The notes under the pieces were generated by a model. That model made no database searches. It was not told the origin of the DNA and worked only from the letters and a program-made list of their open reading frames with translations. The position numbers were made by a program, and so were the translations under genes. A DNA stretch of 21,461 nt from Fonticula alba ATCC 38817 (taxonomy: Eukaryota; Protista; Nucleariida), in NCBI GenBank assembly GCA_000388065.2, contig KB932214.1, one strand, 5' to 3'. This document shows positions 9,536 to 20,706 of this stretch, piece after piece; position 1 is the stretch's first letter; each line of letters starts with the position of its first letter.

Positions 9536-9996
9536 ATGCCCAAGCTGACGGCGGACCAACTGCTTACTCAGCTCAGCGACATCGCTCTGCACGCCGGCGC
9601 CGAGGCGGCCCAGGCCGATGGTACGCTCCCTCCCCTCCCGCGCCGTGTCTTTTGCGGCGGTTCGCCACACCCCCTGTCACGCCCTTTCTCTCTCTCTCTT
9701 TCTCTTTCTCTCTCTCTCTCTCTCTCTCCCCCCCCCACACAGAGGCTGCCCCCTTCGCCACCTAACTCCGCATGTTCCCCTCCTCGGCTAGCCGATGAGC
9801 CAAACTCCGACATCACTGCCATCCACCTGCTCACGTCCAGTGTTGATGGTGAAGTCCTGCCGGTGGTGGCCCCCTCGGCCGAGGTCCCGGCCGATGCGGC
9901 CTTCTGCGGGTCCATCTTCTCCTCTCGTAGCGACCTGGTGCGGCCGTGGCTGCTCATGCCTAGCACTCCTCTCTCTCTCTCTCTCTCTCTCTCTCG

Positions 9997-10027
<31 letters not shown>

Positions 10028-10028
10028 G

Positions 10029-10059
<31 letters not shown>

Positions 10060-10098
10060 GCTCTCTCTCGCTCTCTCTCGCTCTCGCTCTCGCTCTCG

Positions 10099-10152
<54 letters not shown>

Positions 10153-13100
10153 CTCTCTCTCGCTCTCGCTCACTCCCCAACCCCCTCCCCCTCCCTACAC
10201 CTGCCGACTCGCGCTGGCCTGCTGTGCGCTCCCTTGCCCTGCCTCCCCCCGCTGATAGATGGTTGCTGGCGAGCTCCTCGCCGATTCGACCCCCTTCACG
10301 GACGCCTGTGCCAGCCTGCTCACCCCGCGCCTGCCCCCGCTGACCCGTAGCCAGGCGTGCGTTTTGACTCCCACCCCCCACCACCTCACACACGCACGCA
10401 CACATGCACGCGCGCGCGCGCGCGCGCGCGACTCATCATACAGCCCCCTCGGCTCCACTCTAATGCCCCCTCCCCCCTCCTATCCCTCATCGGCGCACGC
10501 GCAGCCCCATTCCCGAATTCGACCTCTCAGTGGACCTGGCCCTGCAGCACATTTACTCGAGCGCCTCGCTGCCGGCCACCTGTGCCCTGGCCTTCTCCGG
10601 GTTCGGCGAGTCGGCCCTCGACACCGGGTACATGGTGGTCCCGACCGCGGACGGCACGGCCAACGACTCCATGGCGCTGACGCGCAAGCCGCAGGCCGGC
10701 GGGGCCTCCTCCACCATGGGGACCACCACGTCGAAGCCCTTCCAGCCGGGTGGGCTGGACCTGTCCGGGCGCCTGGGCGCGCGGGCATACCAGGCCATCG
10801 AGGCCCTCGACAGCCTGGCCGGGGTGGCCTCGGTGGCCGATCTGTACAGCAAGATCCCGGCCTTCACCGGGCCGGCCGGGCTGAGCCTGACCGGGCTGGA
10901 GGTGGCCGATGCCGGGGTGGCCTTGCCGACGGAGCTGGTGCAGGAGCTGCGCCAGGCCGCGGCCCCGGGTGCCCCGGAGGCCGCCGTGGATCTCGGCCTG
11001 TCCTTTGCTCAACTGCATGAGGCGGCGCTGGAGCGCCTGCGCGTGCAAGCCAGCCCCAGCACTCTGGTGTCGTCGCTGCCCGGCATTTCGGGGACGCGCA
11101 TGGCCGACGCCGGCGAGTCCTTCTCCTGGCTGGTGGACTCGTCGGAGGGGGCTGGCGCGTTGGCGCCGGCGGCCCCGGCGTCCGATGTCCCCTTCGACCC
11201 GCTTGACGACCTGATGGCCAATGTGCCGGAGCTGGCTCCCTCGGTGCGTGGCTCGGTGCCTTCCCTCCGCATTTCTCGGACTTCATGGTGCCGGCCCCTC
11301 TGCCTCCGTCCCGCTCACGCGTCTATCTCTCTCTCTCTCTCTCTCTCTCCCCCTCTCCCTCTCTCTCTCTCCCCCTCTCCCCCTCTCCCCCTCCCTCTCT
11401 CCCTCTCTCCCTCTCCCACCTCCTTCTCCGGTGACCCTCGGATGGATAATGTGCAGGCTATCGCCAAGCCTGTGGCCAAGGACACCCCCCAGGACCAGTA
11501 CCAGTGGGCCATTCAGGACGACATCACCAAGGCCATGGGCTCGCTCGAGGAGCTCATCCCATCGCCGGCCCGGCGCGTGCGTCGACCCCATCCCGGTTGC
11601 CATCCTCGCGTGCTCATGCTCACCGCCTGCTCGCCCTCTTCTCCCCCTCCCCGCCCCCCCCTCTGCTCAATAGTTCCCCTTCGAGCTGGATAACTTCCAG
11701 AAGCAGGCCATCCTGCGCATGGAGCAGGACCAGAATGTCTTCGTGGCGGCGCACACCTCCGCCGGTAAGACCGCCGTCGCGGAGTATGCTATCTCCATGG
11801 CCGAGCGCACGCGCACGCGGTACGTCCGCCGTCCGGCCCCCCCCCCCCTATCTTCGCCCTTTTTTCCCCTTCCATCGGCGGTCAATCGGCCCCCCCCCCC
11901 CCCCCCCCCCTAGCCGCATGTCTCACCTCGCCTGTCATCGCGCCACACCCACACCCACGCCCCACGCCCACAGCGCCATCTACACCTCCCCCATCAAGGC
12001 CCTGTCGAACCAGAAGTTCCGGGACTTCTCGAAGATCTTCAGCTCGGTGGGCCTGATGACCGGCGACATCCAGATCGAACGCGAGGCCTTCTGCATGATC
12101 ATGACCACGGAGATCCTCCGAAGCATGCTGTACCAGGGGTCGGACCTGATCCGAGATGTCAAGTGGGTCATCTTCGATGAGGTGCACTACGTCAATGACC
12201 CGGAGCGCGGCGTGGTCTGGGAGGAGGTGTTGATGCTCCTGCCGGCGGATGTGCGCATCCTCATGCTCAGTGCCACGGTGCCGAATGCCCTGCAGTTCGC
12301 CAACTGGGTCGGGTGCGTGGCCTCCTCCTTCGGGACCGGCCCTTCCTGTGTGGGTTCTCTGCATGGGCGCGTGCTAACGATGTGTCCGGCTGCTTTCCTG
12401 TCTTTCTCTTGGGCCGTTTCCTCCTTCGCTGCTTCCGTCTCCCGGTCGGTCGGTCGGCCCCTGCCCACTTCACTTGCTGCACTGGCGACAGACGCATCAA
12501 GCAGCGGCAGGTGTACGTTGTGTCCACCTCGCACCGGCCGGTTCCGCTGGACTTCAGGATGGCCATCACACCGAGCTTCGGGCCGCAGAAGAATCAGTCC
12601 CAATTCTTCACCTTCTTCGCTTCCGGCCAGAAGGACCTCAATGACCGGGCGATTCAGGCTGCCGAGCGTTTCCTGATCGATGGTGACAGTGGCGGATCCA
12701 GCTCCGGGCCGGGTCCGAGCGGCGGCGGCGGCGGCGGCAGCGGCAGCGGCCCAGCTGGTGCCCCCGGCCGGGGCAGCCAGCCAGCCCGCGGCCGGGGGGG
12801 GCGTGGCGGTTCAGCTGCCGCCAGTGCCCCTGGTCGTGGTGGTGGCCAGTCCGGTGGCGGTGGCGGCGGCCGAGGCGGCCCGGCTGCTGCTCCTGGCCGG
12901 GGCGGTCAGTCCGGCGGCCCCGGAGGTCGTGGCGGTGGCCAGTCCGGTGGCCCTGCAGGCCGGGGCGGCGGCGGCGGCGGTCGCGGTGGTCGCGGCGGCG
13001 GCAGCGGCGGCGGCGGCGGCGGTCGCGGCGGCTCCTCCTTCGCGCAGATGATGAACATTGACTACAGCGGGCTGGTGAACACCCTGAACAAGGAGAGCCA

Positions 13101-14915
13101 GCTGCCGGCGGTGATCTTCACCTTCTCCAAGAAGCGGTGCGATCACTATGCGCAGCGTCTGGTTGACCAGGGCTCCGGCAAGGGTCGCGTCCAGCTGCTG
13201 GATAACATCCAGCGGACCAAGATCCACAGCATCATCCGGCACAGCCTGAGCCGGCTGAATGAGAGTGATCGCATGCTGCCACAGGTGACCATTGTGTCGA
13301 GCCTGCTGGCCAACGGCATCGGTGTGCATCACAGTGGCCTGCTGCCGATCGTGAAGGAGGTGCGCATGCATGTTCGGGGGGCCGGCCGACCGGCCGACAG
13401 ACACACTCGCCAGCGTTCCGGTTCCCCCTCCTGGGCGCCGCCTCCCGGTCACTGACCATGTGTTCGTGTCTCTTTTTTTCCCCCCCCCCCCCCCCCCCCC
13501 CCCCCCCAAACCCGTAGATGGTGGAGATCCTCTTCTCCGACGGTCTGGTCAAGGTCCTGTTCGCCACGGAGACCTTCGCCATGGGTGTCAACATGCCGGC
13601 GCGCACGGTGATCTTCTCGTCGCTGGACAAGCCGGATGGCACGCGCGATGCCAGCGGCAAGATGATCCACCGACTGCTGACGCCCGGGGAGTTCATCCAG
13701 ATGGCCGGGCGCGCTGGGCGCCGTGGCCTGGACTCGGCCGGTAATGTCCTGATCCCGGTGTGGCACAAGATGCCCTCGGTGCGTGTTGCTGCGTGTGCTG
13801 TGGATGTGTGCCCTGCGCATGTTTCATGGATGTGCCCCGGGGATGTGCCCCGGGGATGTGGCATGTCACCGATCACAGACTCCTCGTCTGCCCCGCCCCC
13901 TCTCTCGACGGGAATGTCACTCGGAAACCCGTCCACTGACCTGCTTGCCTGCATGGGATCCCCCCCCCCCCCCCCCTCCACCCCCTCCGGCCTACCTTCC
14001 TTGTCGGCCGCCTTCCTTGACATGGGGCTCTTTCCTCCGGGCACATGGGCCACAGCTGGTGGAGCTCCGGGAGATCATGCTCCGGCCGCCGACGCAGCTC
14101 ATTTCGCAGTTCCGCCTGACATACATGATGGTGCTGAGCGTGCACCGGGTGGAGGAGCTGATCATTGAGGACCTCCTGTCCCGGTCCTTCAACCAGCAGG
14201 CCCAGGCCGAGGAGGCCATCACTCGCAGCCAGGAGATTGCCACCTGCAAGGAGGACATCGCACGGCTGCTGGGCTCCGAGGCCTTCACCTGCTCGCAGTG
14301 CAAGGGTGACCTGGAGGCCCTGGCCCAGTGTGTCCTGCGCAAGGACCACGCGGCCGAGCGCATGCAGCTGATGCGGCTGGAGGATCCGCTCGCGTGCCCC
14401 CCCTGGCGGCTGGCGCTGGTCCAGCTGACCGGGGTGTCCTTCCTGAGCCGGCGCACCGGGGCCCCGATAACCCTGGACCAGCCCGAGGCCGGGGCCTGCT
14501 CGGTGCGGGGCGACCAGGTGCTGGTGCTGTTGCAGCACCGGCTGCGCGAGGGCGGCCGCGATAGCAATGTCTTCGGGGGGTACTTCCTCCGGTCGCCGGA
14601 TGGGCTTGGCACCCAGGAGACTCCGTGCCACATCCACGGCATGGCCATCACCATGGTCACCACCCAGGAGTTGGAGGTACGGCGAGCGGCTGCTGCTTTT
14701 CCCTGTTGTTTTGCGCTTCTCGCCCCCCCTGTCCAGTGGTGGAGGGAGGGCTGGCGGCTCGGCTCATGGGCCTCTGCCATGATGGGGGCCGGTCGCACGC
14801 ACCCGCGGGGCGCCCTCGGCGTTTGGACTTTCATCCTTCGCACTTTTGCTGACACTGTTGGTGCTCGCCGCACGCGCCGTACGCCCGGCCGGCCATGCCT
14901 CCCGGGATGGCTGAT

Positions 14916-14968
<53 letters not shown>

Positions 14969-16617
14969 NNNNNNNNNNNNNNNNNNNNNNNNNNNNNNNN
15001 NNNNNNNNNNNNNNNNNNNNNNNNNNNNNNNNNNNNNNNNNNNNNNNNNNNNNNNNNNCCCCCCCCCTTCTCCCTTTCTTTCCTCAGGGCATGCCCAAGT
15101 CCCCGCATATGCCGATCAACGTCACGCACCGGAACAACATCAAGGACTTCCTGCTGCAGGCGGACGCGCACTTCCACCAGCAGGGCACCTTCGAGGCCTT
15201 TGAGCCGGCCTCGCTGCTGTCGAACCTGGACTACATGCGCGACAAGGCCGCCCTCGAGGAGGATGAGTCCGTCTTCCAGGCGTCCTCCTGCCCGCTGTTG
15301 GATGACCATGTACGTGGACCGGCCGCCGCCCGAGGGGGCTGCCCCCGAGCTGCCGGTGGTCCCCCCGCCTTCTGCCACCTCTCGTCTCGCCCCTGACCCG
15401 CCGGTACTCACCCCCTTCTGTTCCTCCCCCCCCCCCCCCCTCTCTCTCTATTCCCCGCCCCGGGGCGCCCCTCCCGTGCGGCTGATTCCGTGCGTCCGTC
15501 TCGGCCGCGGCGGGACTCGCACAGCTCAACACCGGCATGGAGGTGGCCTATCTCCGCGACCGTCTGCAGGAGCTGGATGCCGAGCTGGATGCCGAGTCGC
15601 GGACCTTCTTGGTGAATATGGCCGACTACCGGCGCCGGGTGGAGGTCCTCCGGCGGGTGGACTTCATCCAGGGCCCCGACCGCGGGGTGCTGACCATGAA
15701 GGGCCGCATCAATTGCGAGCTGCGGTCGCTGTCGCGGCATGACGGAGCCACGCTGGTGCTGACCGAGCTGCTGATGAACAACACCCTGGTGCACCTGTCA
15801 TCGGCCGAGCTGGCGGCCATTGTCAGTGGCTTTGTCTTCCAGGGCAAGTGCGACCTGGTGTCGACGGAGGACCTGCCGGTGCATCTGGTGGAGGTGCGTT
15901 TGCTTTCCCCCCCCCCTCCCCGGCAACCACGGCGGGGTATCTTGCCGTCCTTTTCCCCCCCCCCCACTGACCCGGTGACACTCTCGGCGTCCCTGCTGTG
16001 CTACTCTCTCTCTCTCTCTCCCGCTCCAGGCCATGCGCGAGGTCAGGGAGATCTCGCTGGAGGTGTTCAAGATGGAGGCCGAGATCTCCGGCAAGGAGGA
16101 GTACTCGATCATCTTCGTCAACAACACGTCGCAGTACATCACCAGCTTGCTGGACCCGGTTGAGCAGGTGAAGAACTGCCTGAACTTCGACCTGTGCACC
16201 GCGGTCTACGAGTGGGCCAAGGGCATGGTGCGTCCGGCTCCTTCTCTCGGCGCCCCTGCATTGGGAGGCGCATGCCTCGCCTCTCTCTTTGTCTCGCTCC
16301 CTCCCTCCCCCCCCCCCTCTCTCTCTCTCTCTCTGTCTCGCTCTCTCTCCCTCTCGCACACGCACATGCACCTCATCTGATACTGACCCACCGGCTCGCC
16401 CCGGCGCCCGTGCCTTCAGTCCTTCCTCGACATCACCAAGCTCACCAGCGTCGAGGAGGGCACCATCGTCCGGTGCATCACCCAGCTGTTCGAGGCCCTG
16501 CGCGACTTGCGCAACGCGGCCCGGGTCATGGGCAACTTCGACCTGTCGGAGAAGTTCGAGCTTGCCTGCAAGCTCATCCAGCGTGACATCGTCTTCGCGG
16601 CCAGTCTCTACTACTGA
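9536..16617 (+). CDS. SKI2: Ski2 / SKIV2L DExH-box RNA helicase (cytoplasmic exosome cofactor), about 1469 aa
   Basis: 14 exons that join in frame (4410 nt): 9536-9620, 9792-9937, 10259-10356, 10505-11243, 11457-11576, 11674-11819, 11974-12312, 12492-13359, 13518-13778, 14056-14676, 15088-15309, 15525-15893, 16030-16227, 16420-16617. Motifs [71 protein letters not shown]-terminal [11 protein letters not shown]-terminal PFQPGGL motif and Gly/Arg insert favour Ski2 over Mtr4. N-terminal exons are less certain; intron 10 contains a gap. Confidence 0.93.
9966..10171. repeat. Compound (CT)n/(CTCG)n/(CG)n microsatellite in SKI2 intron 2
   Basis: About 200 nt of CT repeats interrupted by CG; similar CT tracts occur in other SKI2 introns. 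Confidence 0.9.
14918..15058. other. Poly-C run (51 C, 14918-14968) followed by assembly gap (90 N, 14969-15058) in SKI2 intron 10
   Basis: Direct count. Flanking exons join in phase 0, so a missing exon is not required but cannot be excluded. Confidence 0.95.
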
Positions 16618-16684
16618 GCACAAGTGCGGCCGATCGAGAGGCCCCCGTGTGCGCGTGCGACCGTCTTTCCCCGCGGAACAGAAT

Positions 16685-16707
16685 ACACACACACACACAC
16701 ACACACA
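16685..16707. repeat. (AC)n microsatellite downstream of SKI2
   Basis: About 11 perfect units. Confidence 0.85.
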
Positions 16708-17073
16708 GACGCGCACATGCGTATGCACATATGCTCCCTTCTATTGGCGAATGCACCGCGGCGCACACGCGGCTCTGGGCGATGCGGCCGCATGAGTCCG
16801 GTCCGGGGCTGGCAGTCTGCTTGCCCCCCCCCCCCGCCCCGCCGGCCACAATTCCGGCGTGCCGTCGCCGGTAGATCACATGCGCTGTGGCGTCAGTTGG
16901 CACACGGAACGCCATTTATCGCTGAACCCTCCTGCAGCTGGCCGAATGACGATTGTTAGGTCCGGCCGGCCGGCGCCGAGACCCCTCTCCGCCCCGCGTC
17001 AACAGAGCTTTCTTTGGTGCCCCGGCAGCGGGGGGAGGGAGTAGGCCGCCCGGTGGCCGGTGTTGGGGGCGTG

Positions 17074-17075
<2 letters not shown>

Positions 17076-17124
<49 letters not shown>
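17076..17124. repeat. (TG)n microsatellite, intergenic
   Basis: About 24 perfect units. Confidence 0.9.
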
Positions 17125-17132
<8 letters not shown>

Positions 17133-17958
17133 GGCGGGGGGGACTTGTGCTGCGTGCGCGCGCACGCGCAGGCCCCGGCCTCTCCGAGAGAAAGAGCAGG
17201 CTGGCCTGCATGTATGCGGAGCCGGGGGGGAGGGGGGGGGGTTGCCCCCTGGCGGCCAGTCGGCGGTCTTGTTTGCCCACACTGGCCAGTCAGCCTGACC
17301 CCGGCTGCGGCGCATCTCCTCTCCAGGCACGAGCTTGTTGCGGGGCTCCTTACGTTTCGAGGCCGCGGTGTGTGTCCCAAGCGCGCAGCGGGCGTCCGGG
17401 TCGTCCGCCTGAGGCGCCGGCTCGCACCCCTCCGGGCTAGGGGACTAATGTTGCCTGCAGGTGCATCTGCTTGACGGTCTAGGGTTCGCCTGGGTGAGGT
17501 GTGCGTGCGCGCCCGCGCGCGCCTGCCCCAACACCCGGCCCATACTCACGTACGCACGCACAGCCATATGCGCCCCACGGCCCTCCGAGGGGGGGGGGGG
17601 GAGGCCGCCGCGCCCGGGAAGGAAGGCCCCGCGCCCGTCCGGCACGGGCTGCTGACAACGGCCATGCCGGCCCCGGCTGTTCTATGTCATTTCCGCCACC
17701 AGCCTCCACCTTCGCTCGGGCCTCGGGGAAAGGACAGAGGAAACTTCGCATCCACCTTCCCCCCCCCCTCCCCGCCCACTTGCGCTTTGCTCGCCCCTTC
17801 CTCGCCTCTCCTCCCCCTCCCCCCCCCCGCCCACGCCGCCCGCGAAGTCCCGCGCCGGCTTCCCCTCCCCTCGCCCCTCCTCGCCCGCCCCTTTCTGAGG
17901 AAGGCCCCCGTATAGCCGCGCCGCCGCCCCCTGCTTCCCGGCCCGCCCGATCGCCGCT

Positions 17959-20068
17959 ATGCTGCCCTCTTTGACTCGCCGCGCCTTCACCGGCCAGCTG
18001 GTTCGTGTCCGCGTCACTCCCGCCCGCCGGCCCCCCCCCCCCCCCCCCCCCGCGCACGTGTGCGCATCCTCTGACCCCTCCCCCCTCGCCCCTCCGGTGT
18101 TCGCGCGCCCACGCAGAGCGCCTTCTCCCGCGCCGCCGCCTCGTTCAACACCTCCCGTGTGGCCGCCGCTTACGCCACCTCGGTCAGCACTGGCCAGGCC
18201 CCGGTCGACCCGGACCTGCGTGAGGAGGAGCCCCCCTTCCCGGCCACCTCGCGCGACCTGCCCGAGACCCGCACCATCAACATCGGCGGCTTCGGCAACC
18301 CCCTGCGCAATGTGACCCCCTACGTTGAGGCCACCCGGCCGTCGGTGTTCCACGACAGCTTCGGCGAGCATGGTACGGCCACGCACACGCGCATGCCTCC
18401 CCTCTCCGCTCCTTGTGTGCACCCTCCCGCCATCGCTCGGTGCATGTGTGTGTGTGTGTGTGCCTTGGGCGTAGGGGGGCGCCCCTGCCCTCCCTTGCTC
18501 GCGTGTCCTGACCTTCTCCCCCTCGCTCTCGGCGCCCCTCCCGCTTGCGCCCATGCGTGCCGCATGCGAAGACCCGTTCATCGACAACTACACCCTGAAC
18601 TTCGGCCCCCAGCACCCGGCTGCTCACGGTGTGCTCCGTCTGATTGTCGAGCTGGAGGGTGAGAACGTCTCCCACTGTGACCCGCACGTCGGTCTGCTGC
18701 ACCGCGGTACCGAGAAGCTGGTGCGTCGTCATGGGCCGCGCGCGCGCACCCGCACCCGCATTCGCATTCGCATTCGCACGCTCCCTCCTCCTTCTCCTCC
18801 TCTTGCCCCTCGCCTTCTTCCCTCTCCCCTGCGCGTCCTCTCCTGACATCCGGCTCTCCGGTGCTCCTCCTCCGCTCCCTCCTCGCGCCTCCTCCCGGGC
18901 CGGGGGCGGGGGGATCAAAACAGATCGAGTACAAGAACTACGTGCAGGCCCTGCCCTACATGGACCGCCTGGACTACTGCTCCATGATGTGCAACGAGCA
19001 GGCTTACTGCCTGGCCGTCGAGCACCTCCTGGGCATTGAGGCCCCCCTGCGCGCCAAGTACATCCGTACCATGTTCGCCGGTACGCACACCCGTCGCTGT
19101 CGCCGCCGCCGCCGCCGCCACCGCCGCCGCCGCTGCTGCTGCCCCCGCATCCTGACTCGATGTTCCCCGCCCCCCCCCCCCTTTCCCCCCACGCACGCGC
19201 AGAGATCACTCGTATCTCCAACCACATCATGGCCGTGTGCGCTCACGCCATGGATGTCGGTGCCCTGACTCCCCTGCTGTGGATGTTCGAGGAGCGTGAG
19301 AAGCTCATGGAGTTCTACGAGCGTGTGTGCGGTGCGCGCCTGCACGCGGCCTACTTCCGCCCCGGCGGTGTGGCGCAGGACCTGCCGCTGGGTCTGCTGG
19401 ATGACATCCACAAGTGGTCGCTGGAGTTCCCCTCCCGTGTGGACGAGGTGGAGGAGCTGCTGACCGGCAGCCGGATCTGGAAGATGCGTCTGCAGGGCAT
19501 CGGTGTGATTTCCTCCGAGGAGGCCATCAACTGGGGCCTGTCCGGCCCGCTGTTCCGTGCGTCCGGCCACAAGTGGGACCTGCGCAAGGCCCAGCCCTAC
19601 GATGCCTATGAGTATGTGGACTTCGAGATCCCGGTGGGCACCCGCGGTGACTGCTACGACCGGTACATGGTCCGTGTGAAGGAGATGCGCGAGTCCTGCC
19701 GCATCATCAGCCAGTGCATCAACCAGATGCCCCCGGGCCCGGTGAAGGTGGACGACCACAAGATCGTGCCGCCGCCGCGCGCCGAGATGAAGCACTCCAT
19801 GGAGGCCCTCATCCACCACTTCAAGCTCTTCACCGAGGGCTTCACCGTCCCCAAGGGCGAGACGTACACCGTGATCGAGGCCCCGAAGGGTGAGTTCGGT
19901 GTGCACCTGGTGTCCGACGGCACCAACCGCCCGTACCGCTGCCGCATCCACCCGCCTGGCCTCATCCACCTGGCCATCATCGACCGCCTGGCGCGTGGCC
20001 ACCTCGTCTCGGATGTGGTCACCCTGCTGGGTACGCTTGATGTGGTGTTCGGTGAGATCGATCGCTAA
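17959..20068 (+). CDS. NDUFS2: NADH:ubiquinone oxidoreductase 49 kDa subunit (NDUFS2 / Nad7 / NuoD), mitochondrial precursor, 489 aa
   Basis: Exons 17959-18000, 18117-18372, 18572-18720, 18924-19080, 19203-20068 join in frame (1470 nt). Motifs [62 protein letters not shown], terminal DVVFGEIDR; N-terminal Arg/Ser/Ala-rich presequence. Confidence 0.97.
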
Positions 20069-20706
20069 GGAGAGAGGAGGGCCCCCGAGGCGCGGGAGGC
20101 GGGGGGGGGGCCGTGCGGCCTCCACTGCCGCTCTCCTTGGCGCGCGCGCGCGCGCGCATGAATGCACCGGGCGGCGAGAAGCGCGGTGCGCGGTGCGCGG
20201 TGTGCGCGCGCGCGCGCGTGCGCCCACACATACACACAAACACACATATAAACACATACACACCCGTGTCTCCCGTGTGCCTCTCCCCTCCTGCTCCTGC
20301 TCCTGCTCCGGCTCCTGCTCCTCCTCTTCGTTTGTGTTCGCTCCTCCCGGGGTGTGCGCGTGCGCGTGCTCGCCCGGTCGGGCGGAGACCGAGCCACCTC
20401 CCACCACATCTGGCCGATGGGTGCCGAGAGGGGGCAGGAGGGGGACCGGCCGAGCAAGGCCCCAGGGGCGCGCATGGGCTGCGCCTGTGCGCGGGTGTTG
20501 GCCGCGGCGCCGCCGTTGCCTGCAAGCGCGCGCGCCCCCGCGGCCCCCCCCCCCCCCCCCCCCTCCGCGTCTCCCCTCTCCGCCGCCCGGCCGGCCGACC
20601 TCGGCTCTCCACACGTTGTTAGATATCTCCTCGCCTCGCCCCCTCCCCCTGGCGTGGCCGCCGGCCGAAGGGCGTCCCCTTCGACCTTTCCCTCATTTTA
20701 TTCACA

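Noticed and set aside
9568-10405. ERERER / SLSLSL-rich ORFs
   Set aside because: Translations of intronic (CT)n microsatellites.
13828-13860. 13-bp tandem repeat GGATGTGCCCCGG (2.5 copies) in SKI2 intron 9
   Set aside because: Short slippage-type repeat with no further structure.
5753-16617. Two RNA-processing genes (YJU2, SKI2) close together as a functional cluster; intronless YJU2 as a retrocopy
   Set aside because: Neighbours are functionally unrelated housekeeping genes; long exons also occur in the kinase, YJU2 has a probable 5'UTR intron, and no poly(A) remnant or target-site duplication is visible.
17170-17563. Chain of branch-like and AG sites (CTGAC 17295 / CAG 17326, ACTAAT 17444 / CAG 17460, TACTCAC / CAG 17563) suggesting a spliced non-coding RNA or long NDUFS2 leader
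   Set aside because: Two required donors (GTATGC 17212, GTGTGT 17368) break the strict GTNCG consensus, no coherent ORF or snoRNA boxes result, and such motifs arise easily in this composition. Only RNA-seq could revive it.
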